Below are positions 1 to 9,882 of a DNA stretch of 64,000 bases, one piece after another (the first letter of the stretch is position 1; every line of letters begins with the position of its first letter). A program made the translations under genes and the position numbers. This DNA is from an uncultured cyanobacterium. Its GTDB lineage: Bacteria > Cyanobacteriota > Cyanobacteriia > Phormidesmidales > Phormidesmidaceae. A model generated the notes under the pieces. The model had not been told where the DNA came from. It saw nothing but the letters and a program-made list of their open reading frames with translations, and made no database searches. Where the stretch lies: contig CAWBZI010000006.1 of the NCBI GenBank assembly GCA_963793265.1, positions 1,024,001 through 1,088,000 on the forward strand, in the 5' to 3' direction.

Positions 1-97
1 GCAGCAAAAGCCTCAACAGCAGCACAACCACTAAAGCCAGCAACCCTACGCCTAAAACCAAGCGGCCTTTAATTTCAAGATCCGAACGAGATGGCAT
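1..97 (-). CDS. Partial CDS (N-terminus only, runs off window), membrane-anchored protein
   Basis: Read by hand on the minus strand from ATG at 97: MPSRSDLEIKGRLVLGVGLLALVVVLLLRLLL..., open to the window edge, with a strong hydrophobic helix; not in the ORF track. Confidence 0.6.
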   Translation of the reverse strand, partial: MPSRSDLEIKGRLVLGVGLLALVVVLLLRLLL

Positions 98-210
98 CTT
101 ACCCTTCAACTATGCTTCATAGCGTCGTTAATTTGAGCTTCTCAAAAGCTCCCCTGTACTCTAGTGGTAAGGGTGAAAATTGGCTACTCATTCGCTACTT
201 TATTTCTGTT

Positions 211-567
211 TTATTTAAAAGGATCTTCGGCAATCGGATCGCCTGCGAATATTTGATAGGCCGCGATCGCAATCCGTTCCAAATCTTCATCTAACAGCGG
301 CGGCCAGGGCACCCGAGCCGCCCGCCCCGACTCAAACAAATTACGGCTTTCGTAAGCCACCAAAAACAGCGCGTGAGCTAGCTTGCGATCTAGCATTGGC
401 GAGGCTCTAACGGTATCGTGAACGACCTTAAGCGCCAGCAAAATTGAGGTGACCTGTCCGGGCACAGGCGGCTGTCCCATCCGTAGCCGACCTAGAAACG
501 TGCTGTCGGTTTCGTGTTCAGGAAGGGTCTGATTGGCGAGTACGTGACAAGCCGCTTTAAAGTCCAT
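211..567 (-). CDS. Conserved cyanobacterial hypothetical protein
   Basis: 118 aa; motifs G.PPVPGQVTSILLALKVV and WPPLL.EDL.RIA resemble a conserved cyanobacterial family of unknown function. Confidence 0.75.
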   Translation of the reverse strand: MDFKAACHVLANQTLPEHETDSTFLGRLRMGQPPVPGQVTSILLALKVVHDTVRASPMLDRKLAHALFLVAYESRNLFESGRAARVPWPPLLDEDLERIAIAAYQIFAGDPIAEDPFK

Positions 568-925
568 TCAATCGAGCGCTCAATTTCAATCGTTTTATTC
601 AAAACGCCTGCTGCTGGCGTTGTCATTGAAGATCAACTAAAAAACACGAATAAGAATTGCCGAAAAAATATCAAGCAAGCAAGGCCCAATATAAAGAGAA
701 ACTGATGTAACGATAGTTGCCCGGCAGGGGCACTCTTTAGCTATCTAATCAAAACCTGTTGAAGTAATTTAGGCAAGTTTTACAGAGAATTCATCCTTAC
801 GCGAGTGGCTTAGCAAGAAATCAAGTCAGACTGGTATAACCCCGCACGACTTTACTTCAGCACTGCCGTGATGACTTCTTTTCGACTCGTCGGATGATTC
901 ATTATGTGGCCCTTTCTTTTACCCT

Positions 926-2173
926 ATGACCTCCTCTCTTTCGTCAGCCCTTCCGCCAGTCCAGAAAGCTCACTCATCAAAGGCTGAAGTCGTTCCATTT
1001 GTCGATCTTTCCTGGCAGCACCGCCCCATTCAGACCGATATTTTAGCCGTGGTAGAGCGGGTAATGGCCAAAGGTGATTACGTGCTAGGCAAAGACGTGG
1101 CTGAGTTTGAGGTGGCGTTTGCTCAGGCTTGTCAAACGGTTGAAGGGGTAGGCGTTGGCTGCGGTACGGATGCGATCGCATTGGGCCTACGCGCCTGTGG
1201 TATCTGTGATGGCGATGAGGTGATCTTACCAGCCAATACCTTTGTCGCCACGCTAATCGGCATTGTTAGAGCCGGGGCCGTTCCCGTTTTTGTAGACTGC
1301 GACCCTGACACTGCGCTGATAGATCTAGAGGCCGCGGCTGAAGCGATTACGCCTAGAACTCGGGCGATCGTGCCAGTGCACTTATATGGTCAGATGGTGT
1401 CACCTTCGGGGCTAAAGGCGATCGCTCAGCAGCACGACCTGATTATTTTAGAAGACGCTGCCCAAGCGCACTTAGCTGAGCGAGAGGGCTGTAAAGCCGG
1501 TTCAGTGGGGATGGCGGCAGCGTTTAGCTTCTATCCCAGTAAGAACTTGGGCGCTTTGGGCGATGGGGGAATGCTGGTGACTGGGCAGCCCGTGGTGGCG
1601 CAAACGGTGCGATCGCTCCGCAACTACGGGGCCACACGCAAATACTTCCACACCGACCCAGGCGGCACGAACAGTCGGCTCGACACCATCCAAGCTGGCG
1701 TACTCGCGCTCAAGCTGCCGCACTTACCCGAGTGGAACCTGGAGCGCAACCGACTCGCCGCCTACTACGATCAAGCGCTTGCGCCATTAGCTAATGACGG
1801 GCTACTGCCGATCAAAAACGTCAGCGGGAAGGGCCACGTCTATCATCTATACGTTGTGCGCGTTACGAACGAATGCCCAGTAGATCGCACTCGTTTGCAG
1901 CTAGAACTCAGCAGTCAAGATATTCAGACCGGCATTCACTACCCTATTCCCTGTCATCTACAGCCCGCCTTCAAGCCGCTTGGGCATAGAGCCGGTGACT
2001 TTCCCCATTCAGAGGCGCTAAGCCAGGAAATTTTATCGCTGCCTATGTATCCTGGACTAAAAACAGAGCAGATTGATCGCGTCGTCGCTGAGATTAAGGC
2101 AGCTATAGCGACAGCGAAGGGTCAAAGTCAGGAGACTGAGAACCCTCCTTTAGTTGCCGGGGAATCTATTTAG
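926..2173 (+). CDS. DegT/DnrJ/EryC1/StrS family PLP-dependent sugar aminotransferase
   Basis: PVHLYGQ, EDAAQAH, FSFYPSKNLGALGDGG (PLP lysine), LSLPMYP. Confidence 0.95.
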   Translation: MTSSLSSALPPVQKAHSSKAEVVPFVDLSWQHRPIQTDILAVVERVMAKGDYVLGKDVAEFEVAFAQACQTVEGVGVGCGTDAIALGLRACGICDGDEVILPANTFVATLIGIVRAGAVPVFVDCDPDTALIDLEAAAEAITPRTRAIVPVHLYGQMVSPSGLKAIAQQHDLIILEDAAQAHLAEREGCKAGSVGMAAAFSFYPSKNLGALGDGGMLVTGQPVVAQTVRSLRNYGATRKYFHTDPGGTNSRLDTIQAGVLALKLPHLPEWNLERNRLAAYYDQALAPLANDGLLPIKNVSGKGHVYHLYVVRVTNECPVDRTRLQLELSSQDIQTGIHYPIPCHLQPAFKPLGHRAGDFPHSEALSQEILSLPMYPGLKTEQIDRVVAEIKAAIATAKGQSQETENPPLVAGESI

Positions 2174-2247
2174 GTCTGCGTATTCGTAATAGATAAAGGT
2201 GTGATAGTTACCTTTATCGCTGATGTTTCTGATTTAAGAGTCTTGCC

Positions 2248-3225
2248 ATGCTAGCTTCAAAACCAAAAGCATCTCTACCACTAGAGGGCGTCATTATTGG
2301 CCTAATCGGCGTTTTATACGCCCCGCTGCTGTGGCATTGGGTAGATGGCTGGCTCAACAAGTCGATTAGCATTCAGCATGAATACTTCAGCCACGGGCTA
2401 CTGGGGATTCCGTTTGCGGCGTGTTTGGTTTGGGAGAGGCGATCGCAATGGCAGGCCCTACCGTCCAGAACCCACTGGCTTGCCTTTCCGCTACTCATTG
2501 GAGCCGCCGCCTTTTATAGCATCCGGCTGCTCGACTTCATGAACCTATCGCTGCCGCTGGTATTGGCCGGGCTACTGCTAGCGCTAAGAGGAGCCAAAGG
2601 CTTTCGGCTCTGTCTATTTCCTTGGGTATTAGTGCTGCTCTCTACACCCACCCAGCTTCCCTACCTGATCGAGCCTTACATACTGCCGCTACAGTCATTT
2701 ATCGCCTCAGTGGCCGGGTTTATCCTGCTGCAATTCGACGTAAACGTGTACGTAGACGGCATCTATTTATTCGTAAACGACCAGCTCGTAGAAGTCGCGC
2801 CCCACTGTGCGGGCCTCAAAATGCTGTTCACTAGCCTATACATGGGCCTAATTTTGGCCTACTGGACAGGACTCTACCAGTCCAAACTTAGAACCGGGCT
2901 CTTCTTTGTCGGCATCATCGGCGTCAGCGTCACTGGCAATATCATTCGCAACACGGTGCTCACCTTTTTCCACGGCGCGCAAATGGACGCCGCGTTTGAC
3001 TGGCTGCACGAAAGCTGGGGCGGCGACCTTTATTCAGCCGCCATGTTAGGAATGCTGATTGTGCTCATTCGGCTGTTAGAAAGCTACGCGCCCATGACCC
3101 TACAGCTCTCCGGCGCAGGGAATAGCCCCAACGACAGTTCTACCGGCAACACAGGCAAGCCCAGTGGCCCAAAGCCCAATAAGCCGCAAGCCCCTCCTCA
3201 GCCACCTAGACGAGATTACTTTTAG
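2248..3225 (+). CDS. crtB: Cyanoexosortase B
   Basis: Multi-TM protein with HEYFSHG, VEVAPHCAGLK (catalytic Cys), N.IR and WLH exosortase motifs; EPS context. The symbol refers to the exosortase crtB, not phytoene synthase. Confidence 0.9.
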   Translation: MLASKPKASLPLEGVIIGLIGVLYAPLLWHWVDGWLNKSISIQHEYFSHGLLGIPFAACLVWERRSQWQALPSRTHWLAFPLLIGAAAFYSIRLLDFMNLSLPLVLAGLLLALRGAKGFRLCLFPWVLVLLSTPTQLPYLIEPYILPLQSFIASVAGFILLQFDVNVYVDGIYLFVNDQLVEVAPHCAGLKMLFTSLYMGLILAYWTGLYQSKLRTGLFFVGIIGVSVTGNIIRNTVLTFFHGAQMDAAFDWLHESWGGDLYSAAMLGMLIVLIRLLESYAPMTLQLSGAGNSPNDSSTGNTGKPSGPKPNKPQAPPQPPRRDYF

Positions 3226-3234
3226 CAGCGAGTT

Positions 3235-4047
3235 TTGATTGTGCCTTCCTCTACCGTTTCCAGCAAATCAACCCCATCTTCCTCTAAAAGAACCGTCGTA
3301 CAGCTTGCGGTGGTGGCCTTGCTAGCATTGTTTGTCGCGGTCGGCGCGCTGCCGCAATACTTCGGCGGCTGGCCTTGGGCAACCCCGCTTAAGCTTCCAG
3401 CGGCCAGCCGAACAGCACTTCAGGCCATCCCCGACCAGGGTCTTGAGCTACCGGGCTGGAGAAATGACGACCAGAGCAAAATTAAAATTAGTGGGCACAA
3501 CTGGTCAGTTCAGCAAATATCAAGCGCAGCGGCAACTAGCGGCAGCACCCTCACGCCTGCTTTTTTGTTACTGCGACCTCAAACCTATGGCCCCGATCAG
3601 CCCGAAGTAGAATGGCTTGATATTGAAGGATCGCAGCGTTGGGATACGGATTCGCATCAAAAGCTAACCTTTAGTGTTCCTGCAATGCCTTCCGTAAAGA
3701 ATTCTGCTCAAAACGCCACCGAAACCAAAACTGTCCGGATTAGTAGTGATTTCTTCCGTGCATGGAGTAAGGAGCAAACCTACGCAGTTTTACAGTGGTA
3801 CGCTTGGCCTACAGGTGGCAGTGCTTCTCCGGCCCGCTGGTTCTGGGCCGATCAAAAGACGCAGTGGAACAGCCGTCAGCGAATGCCTTGGGTAGCCATC
3901 AGCCTTTGGCTGCCAATCTCGCCGCTAGGCGATATTTCGCCTCATGAAAACATGGCCTTATCTTTGGGTAAGACCATCCAAAAATCGCTTTTAGAGTCTG
4001 TTTTTGTAGGCGATCACGAAGAGGTTAGCCCCGAAAAGCCAGGTTAG
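3235..4047 (+). CDS. Cyanoexosortase B system-associated protein
   Basis: Follows the exosortase; N-terminal TM, QPEVEWLD, QTYAVLQWYAWPTGG, WFWADQ motifs; start may be TTG 3235 or GTG 3241. Confidence 0.85.
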   Translation: MIVPSSTVSSKSTPSSSKRTVVQLAVVALLALFVAVGALPQYFGGWPWATPLKLPAASRTALQAIPDQGLELPGWRNDDQSKIKISGHNWSVQQISSAAATSGSTLTPAFLLLRPQTYGPDQPEVEWLDIEGSQRWDTDSHQKLTFSVPAMPSVKNSAQNATETKTVRISSDFFRAWSKEQTYAVLQWYAWPTGGSASPARWFWADQKTQWNSRQRMPWVAISLWLPISPLGDISPHENMALSLGKTIQKSLLESVFVGDHEEVSPEKPG

Positions 4048-4368
4048 TACGTAGCACTACTTACCGTTTGCGTCAGCTTTATTCGATTGAGTTGTTGGCT
4101 CCGTAAAAGCACAATTGCCATCACTTATGTTGAGTTGCTATGAGGCTAGAAGAAGATTCCTTGTGTTCCTTTTTTAACACTGTATTTTCCGTGGGTTCGT
4201 AGGATAAAGTGGCGATATATCTGAGAATTTACTGACTGAGAATTTACTGAGCAATCCTCTCTATCGCACCGCAGCCAAAGGTTTAGATTGGCAGACCTCT
4301 TAACAAACTTTACTATTGTCTATTAACTGATAGCTTTACCCAACGTTTAGTACGCGCCCCAACCACGG

Positions 4369-4419
4369 TCACTGATATATATCAATCACTGACGCCTATC
4401 AATCACTGACACATATCAA
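4369..4419 (+). repeat. Three tandem 17-bp units TCACTGA-N4-TATCAA upstream of wza
   Basis: 4369-4385, 4386-4402, 4403-4419; the N4 cores are TATA, CGCC, CACA. Confidence 0.85.
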
Positions 4420-4427
4420 ATAGGGTT

Positions 4428-5801
4428 ATGAATAACGGTTTACAACGCTCAAATAGTTCGTCTCAGCTAGCAACGGCTGCTGTGGTGCAGGCGACTCGCC
4501 GCTCGTCTCGGTGGTTAGCTGGCACGCTGTACGTTATGGGCGTGGGGATTGCAGGCGCAGTTGGCGCAGAGTTAGTGAGCGATCGCACTGCATTCGCCCA
4601 AGACACCGAAGCACTACCAACCCTTTCGGCCCCTGAAACGAACGGTTCAGACACGCTAGACGCACCGCCACCAGTTGTCTCACCGGACATGCTGCCGGTT
4701 GATCGCAACGACACCTTCAACGATGATTCAGACGGCGCAGAGTTCTTCACGCCAACAATTCCTCAGCCTGTCACTCCCACATTGCCTAGAGGCTTGAGCG
4801 CGCCAGGTACACCGGTCAACCCTTCAGACCTATCAGAAAGCTTTGACGGCTATTATCTTGGCCCTGGCGATTCTATTTTCGTCAGCGTGCAGCGCTACCC
4901 CGAACTCAGCTTTCAGGCCACGCTAGACCTCCGCGGCAATATTGTGCTTCCTATCGAAGGCGCAATTTCACTAGAAGGGCTCACGCTAGAGCAGGCCAGA
5001 GCCGAAATTCGTCAGCGCTATGACCGCTACGTCACCTTTACCCCAGGCAACGACCGCGAAGTTTCACTTACCCTGGTCGCTCAGCGCGGCGTAGAAGTAA
5101 CCGTGCTGGGCGCAGTTCAAAGGCCCGGCTTTTATCCACTGGGCAACCCTACCGTCGCCACCGCACTCCTCACCGCAGGCGGCGCTACTCGTACCTCTGA
5201 TTTGCGCACCATTCAAATTCAAAGACGCATTCCCCAAGGTGGCGGCTTTGTAGAAGCTCGTGTCAACGTCGATCTTTTCACGCCGCTTAAAGAAGGCTCT
5301 CCCCTACCAGACGTTCGACTCGAAGACGGCGACGTGATGATAGTGCCTGAGCTAGACCCCAGCGAAATTAGTAACTACGACCGCTACCTGGTCGCTCGCT
5401 CTACCCTTGCCCAACCCATCATCAACATCCGCTTTCTCAACTATGCAGGCGGACGCGGCGGACTGGGTACGCTCAACCTGAATAACGGAAGTACATTTCT
5501 TGATGCAATATCTTTGCTAGGCGTTAATGCCGACGCCGCTAACCTCAGAGACGTTGCCATCATCCGCTACGATCCTGAGACGGGCCGAGCTGTCACCGTC
5601 AGCATCGACGCCAAAATGGCCATCAGAGGAGACATTACCCAAAACCCCATCCTCGAAGATAGCGATGTCATCGTGGTAGGTCGCAACCTGATTGGCCGAC
5701 TCTCGTTTGCCCTGAGCACGGTTACCCGTCCCTTCCGCGACGTGCTTGGGTTCACCAACTTCTTCAACAACTTCTTAGACGACAACAACAATTTGTTCTA
5801 G
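4428..5801 (+). CDS. wza: Polysaccharide biosynthesis/export protein (Wza/OPX family, SLBB domains)
   Basis: YYLGPGDSI poly_export motif, VTVLGAVQRPG SLBB, L.DGDV; upstream of a Wzc-like gene. Confidence 0.85.
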   Translation: MNNGLQRSNSSSQLATAAVVQATRRSSRWLAGTLYVMGVGIAGAVGAELVSDRTAFAQDTEALPTLSAPETNGSDTLDAPPPVVSPDMLPVDRNDTFNDDSDGAEFFTPTIPQPVTPTLPRGLSAPGTPVNPSDLSESFDGYYLGPGDSIFVSVQRYPELSFQATLDLRGNIVLPIEGAISLEGLTLEQARAEIRQRYDRYVTFTPGNDREVSLTLVAQRGVEVTVLGAVQRPGFYPLGNPTVATALLTAGGATRTSDLRTIQIQRRIPQGGGFVEARVNVDLFTPLKEGSPLPDVRLEDGDVMIVPELDPSEISNYDRYLVARSTLAQPIINIRFLNYAGGRGGLGTLNLNNGSTFLDAISLLGVNADAANLRDVAIIRYDPETGRAVTVSIDAKMAIRGDITQNPILEDSDVIVVGRNLIGRLSFALSTVTRPFRDVLGFTNFFNNFLDDNNNLF

Positions 5802-5904
5802 ACCGCCAGCGACGCTAGCTCACGCTCGTTAAGCCCACACCTACAAGCTTTCATTGCGCCCCCTCACACGTTATTCGCTTTAGTAAACTCCCCAAAGTAG
5901 AACC

Positions 5905-8115
5905 ATGGCATCCCCATTTATCAAACGCTACCTGCTTGCGCTGAACCGCTATAAGTGGCCGGGTTTGTTCACCTTTCTCTCTATTTTGGGGGCCTCTAGC
6001 ATCGTCGCCTTCCAGCCCGATCCGCCTGAAGAATATTTCTCAGAGGCCAGGCTAGTCGATAACTCGCCTCTTGTCGCATTCACAGCGACAGGCACTCAGG
6101 TGCAAAATCAAGGTATCGGCATTATTGACGAAGAACTGCTGCTCTCTGAAATTTTGCTCAACGAGGTATCGAGTCAGCTCAGAACGCGCGGCATTATCTT
6201 AACGCCTGAAGAACTCAGAGAAAACACCCGAATTGCAGTGGAAGCCGCAGGCCCACCAGATACGCCAGAGTCGCTGAATCGCAGAGTGACCGTACGCTAC
6301 GCCGGGCCAGACCGCGAAGAGGCTACAACGGTGATGAACCTGATGGTTCAGGCCATGATTGAGCTAAGTCAGCTTACTAACACACAAAGGCTGAGAGATA
6401 TTTCAAATGAACTCAATAAGCGTCTGCCTGAGATTGAAGCTGAACTACGAGAAGCAGAAAGGGATCTAGAAAGATACGATCGTCAAGAAGGCCCGGCAAT
6501 TCAGGCATCAATTGACGGCAGTTTGCTAGGTGCAATTACCGGTAGTCAGCAGCAGTTTCGGTCAAACCAGATCACGCTTGCTGGAATTGAGGCACAGATG
6601 CAAAGCATTCAGTCTCAGCTCGGACTCACGCCGTCTCAAGCCTACGCATCTTCTGCATTGAGCGCCGATCCGCTGATTGCCCAACTGCGGGCTCAAATTT
6701 CTGAGACAGAAACCCAGCAGGCTTTGCTCGCAACCCGTGGGATTAAACCCGATCATCCCAATCGCGTCGCCGTTCGAGAAAATCTGGCCGCGTTTAGTGC
6801 GCTGCTAGAACAGCGCGCAAGCGAGGTGCTCAGCGGTGATGGGGTGGCTCAGCCCATCTCAGGGCAGGTGCGCCGTGATAGCAGTTTAGATCCAGCGCGG
6901 GCGGCACTGGCCAACCAGCTAGTGGCTTTAGATACGCAAAGAGATGCTTTAATATCGCAGCAAAATGTTATTCAACAATCAGCCGCCGATCTTCAGCAGC
7001 AATATTCGCAGCTACCGAACAAGCAGCTAGAGCGCAACCGTTTGGCACAGCAAACGGCCCTACGCCGAGCGCTATATGACAGCTTACAGGCCAGACTGGT
7101 AGATGCAGAAGCTGCCCAAGCTGAAACAGTGAGTAGTTTGACAGTGGCTAATGCACCTGCAACGTACCTTAATGAGCAGGAGCGCCCCCCTGCGGCTTTA
7201 ATTTTGTTAGCAGGTGGCCTTACCGGCTTAATCGTCGGCGGCGGTGTCGTTTATCTGCTCGATATGCTCGACGGCACGGTGCGTACGGCTGAAGAACTCG
7301 AAGGGCTATTGCAGGCTCAAGAGGTGCCGATGCTCGGTATTATTCCGGCGATGAAGACGCGATCTTCGCGGGCGGTGCCAGTGCTTGTGCAGCCAGATTC
7401 GGCCTATCACGCTAGCTACGAGCGGTTCTTGAGCCGGTTGCGACTGGTGGGCACTGAGGAGAGTTCGATTGGGCCTCGGATGATTGTACTCACCAGTACC
7501 CGGTCACAAGAAGGGAAGAGTGTGAGTGCTTATAATTTGGCGATCGCCTCAGCCAGAGCAGGCCGCCGCACACTACTTATCGAAGCCGATCTCAGATCAA
7601 GCTCAAAATCCGAAATTCTGGGGCTTATGGCCGACTCACAGGCAGTCATGGAGCCTTTGCGCTACTACAGCGGCCAAATTGGCCAGAACGTACAAATGGT
7701 TTCTCAGGTAGAAAACCTGTATGTGTGTCCATCGCCGGGGCCTCAGCGCCAGCCAGCCGCCATTATCGAATCAAGTGAAATGCAGCGGTTCCTTAAGGAC
7801 GCGCGCACTCGCTTTGACATGGTGATTTTAGATACGCCTTCGCTCACGCGCTGCGATGACGCGCTGCTGCTCGAAGAACAAACGGACGGCATTGTATTAG
7901 TCACTCGCCCTGGCGTTACAGAAAAAGCAGTACTCGATACAGCCATCGAGGAACTAGAGCTAAGCGATGATGTACGTCTGCTTGGCGCGATTGTGAATGC
8001 AGCTCGTATCGGCGCGCAAGACCTATCGCTAGACAATGAAGTGAACGAAGAACCGATTGAGCTAGCGCGTGAGCCTGAGTTTAGCGGCACGTCTTCTGGC
8101 CGGATTGACTTCTAG
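5905..8115 (+). CDS. wzc: GumC/Wzc-family polysaccharide co-polymerase with BY-kinase domain
   Basis: Two TMs flanking a coiled coil; Walker A-like STRSQEGKS, A' LLIEAD, B VILDTP. Confidence 0.85.
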   Translation: MASPFIKRYLLALNRYKWPGLFTFLSILGASSIVAFQPDPPEEYFSEARLVDNSPLVAFTATGTQVQNQGIGIIDEELLLSEILLNEVSSQLRTRGIILTPEELRENTRIAVEAAGPPDTPESLNRRVTVRYAGPDREEATTVMNLMVQAMIELSQLTNTQRLRDISNELNKRLPEIEAELREAERDLERYDRQEGPAIQASIDGSLLGAITGSQQQFRSNQITLAGIEAQMQSIQSQLGLTPSQAYASSALSADPLIAQLRAQISETETQQALLATRGIKPDHPNRVAVRENLAAFSALLEQRASEVLSGDGVAQPISGQVRRDSSLDPARAALANQLVALDTQRDALISQQNVIQQSAADLQQQYSQLPNKQLERNRLAQQTALRRALYDSLQARLVDAEAAQAETVSSLTVANAPATYLNEQERPPAALILLAGGLTGLIVGGGVVYLLDMLDGTVRTAEELEGLLQAQEVPMLGIIPAMKTRSSRAVPVLVQPDSAYHASYERFLSRLRLVGTEESSIGPRMIVLTSTRSQEGKSVSAYNLAIASARAGRRTLLIEADLRSSSKSEILGLMADSQAVMEPLRYYSGQIGQNVQMVSQVENLYVCPSPGPQRQPAAIIESSEMQRFLKDARTRFDMVILDTPSLTRCDDALLLEEQTDGIVLVTRPGVTEKAVLDTAIEELELSDDVRLLGAIVNAARIGAQDLSLDNEVNEEPIELAREPEFSGTSSGRIDF

Positions 8116-8167
8116 AAGCCAGACTTCTAATAATCGGGCCGCCAAAAGCCAGACTTCTAATAATCGG
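8116..8167 (+). repeat. 22-bp direct repeat AAGCCAGACTTCTAATAATCGG x2 (30-bp period)
   Basis: Copies at 8116-8137 and 8146-8167 right after the wzc stop. Confidence 0.9.
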
Positions 8168-8248
8168 ACGCGATCGTCGTAGGATAGGAAATGTAGCAAA
8201 AGCTATAGAATATCTGCGGCGAATCGCACGAATTAGAATCATCAACCC

Positions 8249-8578
8249 ATGACAACTTACTACTACGTAGCGGCCAGTCAGCGTTTTTTGCTAGACGAAG
8301 AGCCGCTAGATGAAGTGCTCGACGAGCGCCATCGTCACTACAAGTCTCAAGAAAAAGAGATTGATTTTTGGCTGGTCAAACAGCCTGCATTTTTACGTGC
8401 CCCTGAGCTAGCTGACGTTAAGGCGAAGTGCCCTCAGCCTGCGGCGGCGGTTATCTCTACCGATAAAACCTTCATCACCTGGCTCAAACTGCGGCTAGAG
8501 TATGTAGCGATCGGTCAGTTTGAAGCACCTTCCGATGCCATTCCAGACCCCTTAGCCTCATTAGAAACCGTCGCTTAA
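8249..8578 (+). CDS. ycf54: Ycf54, MgPME cyclase auxiliary protein
   Basis: MTTYYYVAASQRFLL.EEPL.EVL.ER, IDFWLV.QPAFL, FITWLKLRLEYV. Confidence 0.95.
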   Translation: MTTYYYVAASQRFLLDEEPLDEVLDERHRHYKSQEKEIDFWLVKQPAFLRAPELADVKAKCPQPAAAVISTDKTFITWLKLRLEYVAIGQFEAPSDAIPDPLASLETVA

Positions 8579-8599
8579 AAAAAGTCTCCTGGAAAAGCT

Positions 8600-9301
8600 A
8601 TGTCATTTCTCAACCCTTTTTTTCGTACCCTGTCGCTCAAACCTCGACTTTTACTAGCCGGATTTAGCCTGGCAGCGATCGCCCCAATAGTCACAGCGAT
8701 GCCTGCTGTTGCTCAATCGCGTTTGCCCGCCTGCCCGCCGCCGATAAATCAAGAGTACTTACTGCTTGTCAGAGGCGAAACCGAGGCAGATCGTGAGCAG
8801 ATTGCTGCGGTTTTACCGGCTGATAACACGGTGCTGGTGTGTGAATATCTCAACGAAACGCTGGTGAGAGCAGGCGGCTTTGAAAGCTTAGAGACAGTTA
8901 ACGCCTGGGCCACCTACATGACCACGGTTGAAGGGTTTGAGAGCTTTGTTTCTAGACCTTCAGCAACGCAAACCGCTGCTAGACCTGCTGCTAGCTCTGG
9001 CAGTTCAACCGGTCAAGTCGGCACACCGACTGCCGACTATCAGCCGCGCCGATTAGCCCCAGGCTACGCAGTGCTGGTGGACTATGGCATTCGCCCCGAG
9101 GTCGCCGTAACGGTCGAGCAGATTGTACGGCCTGTAGGACTGGCAGTTTACCGGCAAAGATCTTACTTACTCGCTGACTACACGAGCGATGCAGCCAGCG
9201 CCGCTATTACGTTAGAAAGGCTTAGCGACGCGCAGCTCAGAGCCATTTTGGTAGATGCGCAGCAGGTGGTGCAAATGGCTCCAGAAATCGCGGCATTCTA
9301 G
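8600..9301 (+). CDS. Hypothetical exported protein
   Basis: 233 aa with signal peptide (..PAVA|Q), CPPP..QEYLLLV motif and two small domains separated by a low-complexity linker. Confidence 0.7.
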   Translation: MSFLNPFFRTLSLKPRLLLAGFSLAAIAPIVTAMPAVAQSRLPACPPPINQEYLLLVRGETEADREQIAAVLPADNTVLVCEYLNETLVRAGGFESLETVNAWATYMTTVEGFESFVSRPSATQTAARPAASSGSSTGQVGTPTADYQPRRLAPGYAVLVDYGIRPEVAVTVEQIVRPVGLAVYRQRSYLLADYTSDAASAAITLERLSDAQLRAILVDAQQVVQMAPEIAAF

Positions 9302-9314
9302 GGCATATTTTTTG

Positions 9315-9770
9315 CTAGGCGGTAGGCGCAGATAGCCAGGCGATCATTACGCCCAGCGCAGAGCCCACAATGACCTGAACGGGGGTATGCCCTAGTAGTT
9401 CTTTGAGCCGGTCTTGATTGAATTCGGCATGTTCCTGAAACAGCTCGTCCAGGATTTGGTTGAGGACTTTGGCCTGTTTGCCAGCGGCCTGACGAACGCC
9501 CGCAGCGTCGTACATGACGATGACGGCGAATACGGAGGTGACTGCAAAAGCGGGCGTATTCCAGCCGATAGTTTGGCCGACGCCACAGGCTAAGGCGGTG
9601 ACCAAAGCTGAGTGGGCACTAGGCATACCGCCAGTTTCGACAAGTACTCGGGGGTTGATAGAGCGGTGCTGAGCGAACTCAAAGACAAGCTTTAGCGCTT
9701 GAGCGGCGATGCAGGCAACAAGGGCTACCCACAGCACATGATTATCGAAGATTTGGTTGAAGTCCTGCAT
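9315..9770 (-). CDS. Divergent PAP2 family protein (DUF212)
   Basis: TGGMPSAHSA, VMYDAAGVRQAAG.QA, LKELLGHTP; start trimmed to MQDFNQ at 9770. Confidence 0.9.
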   Translation of the reverse strand: MQDFNQIFDNHVLWVALVACIAAQALKLVFEFAQHRSINPRVLVETGGMPSAHSALVTALACGVGQTIGWNTPAFAVTSVFAVIVMYDAAGVRQAAGKQAKVLNQILDELFQEHAEFNQDRLKELLGHTPVQVIVGSALGVMIAWLSAPTA

Positions 9771-9882
9771 GGGTGAGTGATACGGGCCAGTAGTATAGGC
9801 CACGGACAAGTTAAGTTGGGCGAGCTGATCTGAACTGAATTGAGACTGTAGAGATGAGACTGTAGAGATAAGAGAAGAGAGC

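Noticed and set aside
8107..8167. 22-bp direct repeats as a mini-CRISPR
   Set aside because: Only two full copies with an 8-nt spacer, and no cas genes or leader; better explained as a local duplication
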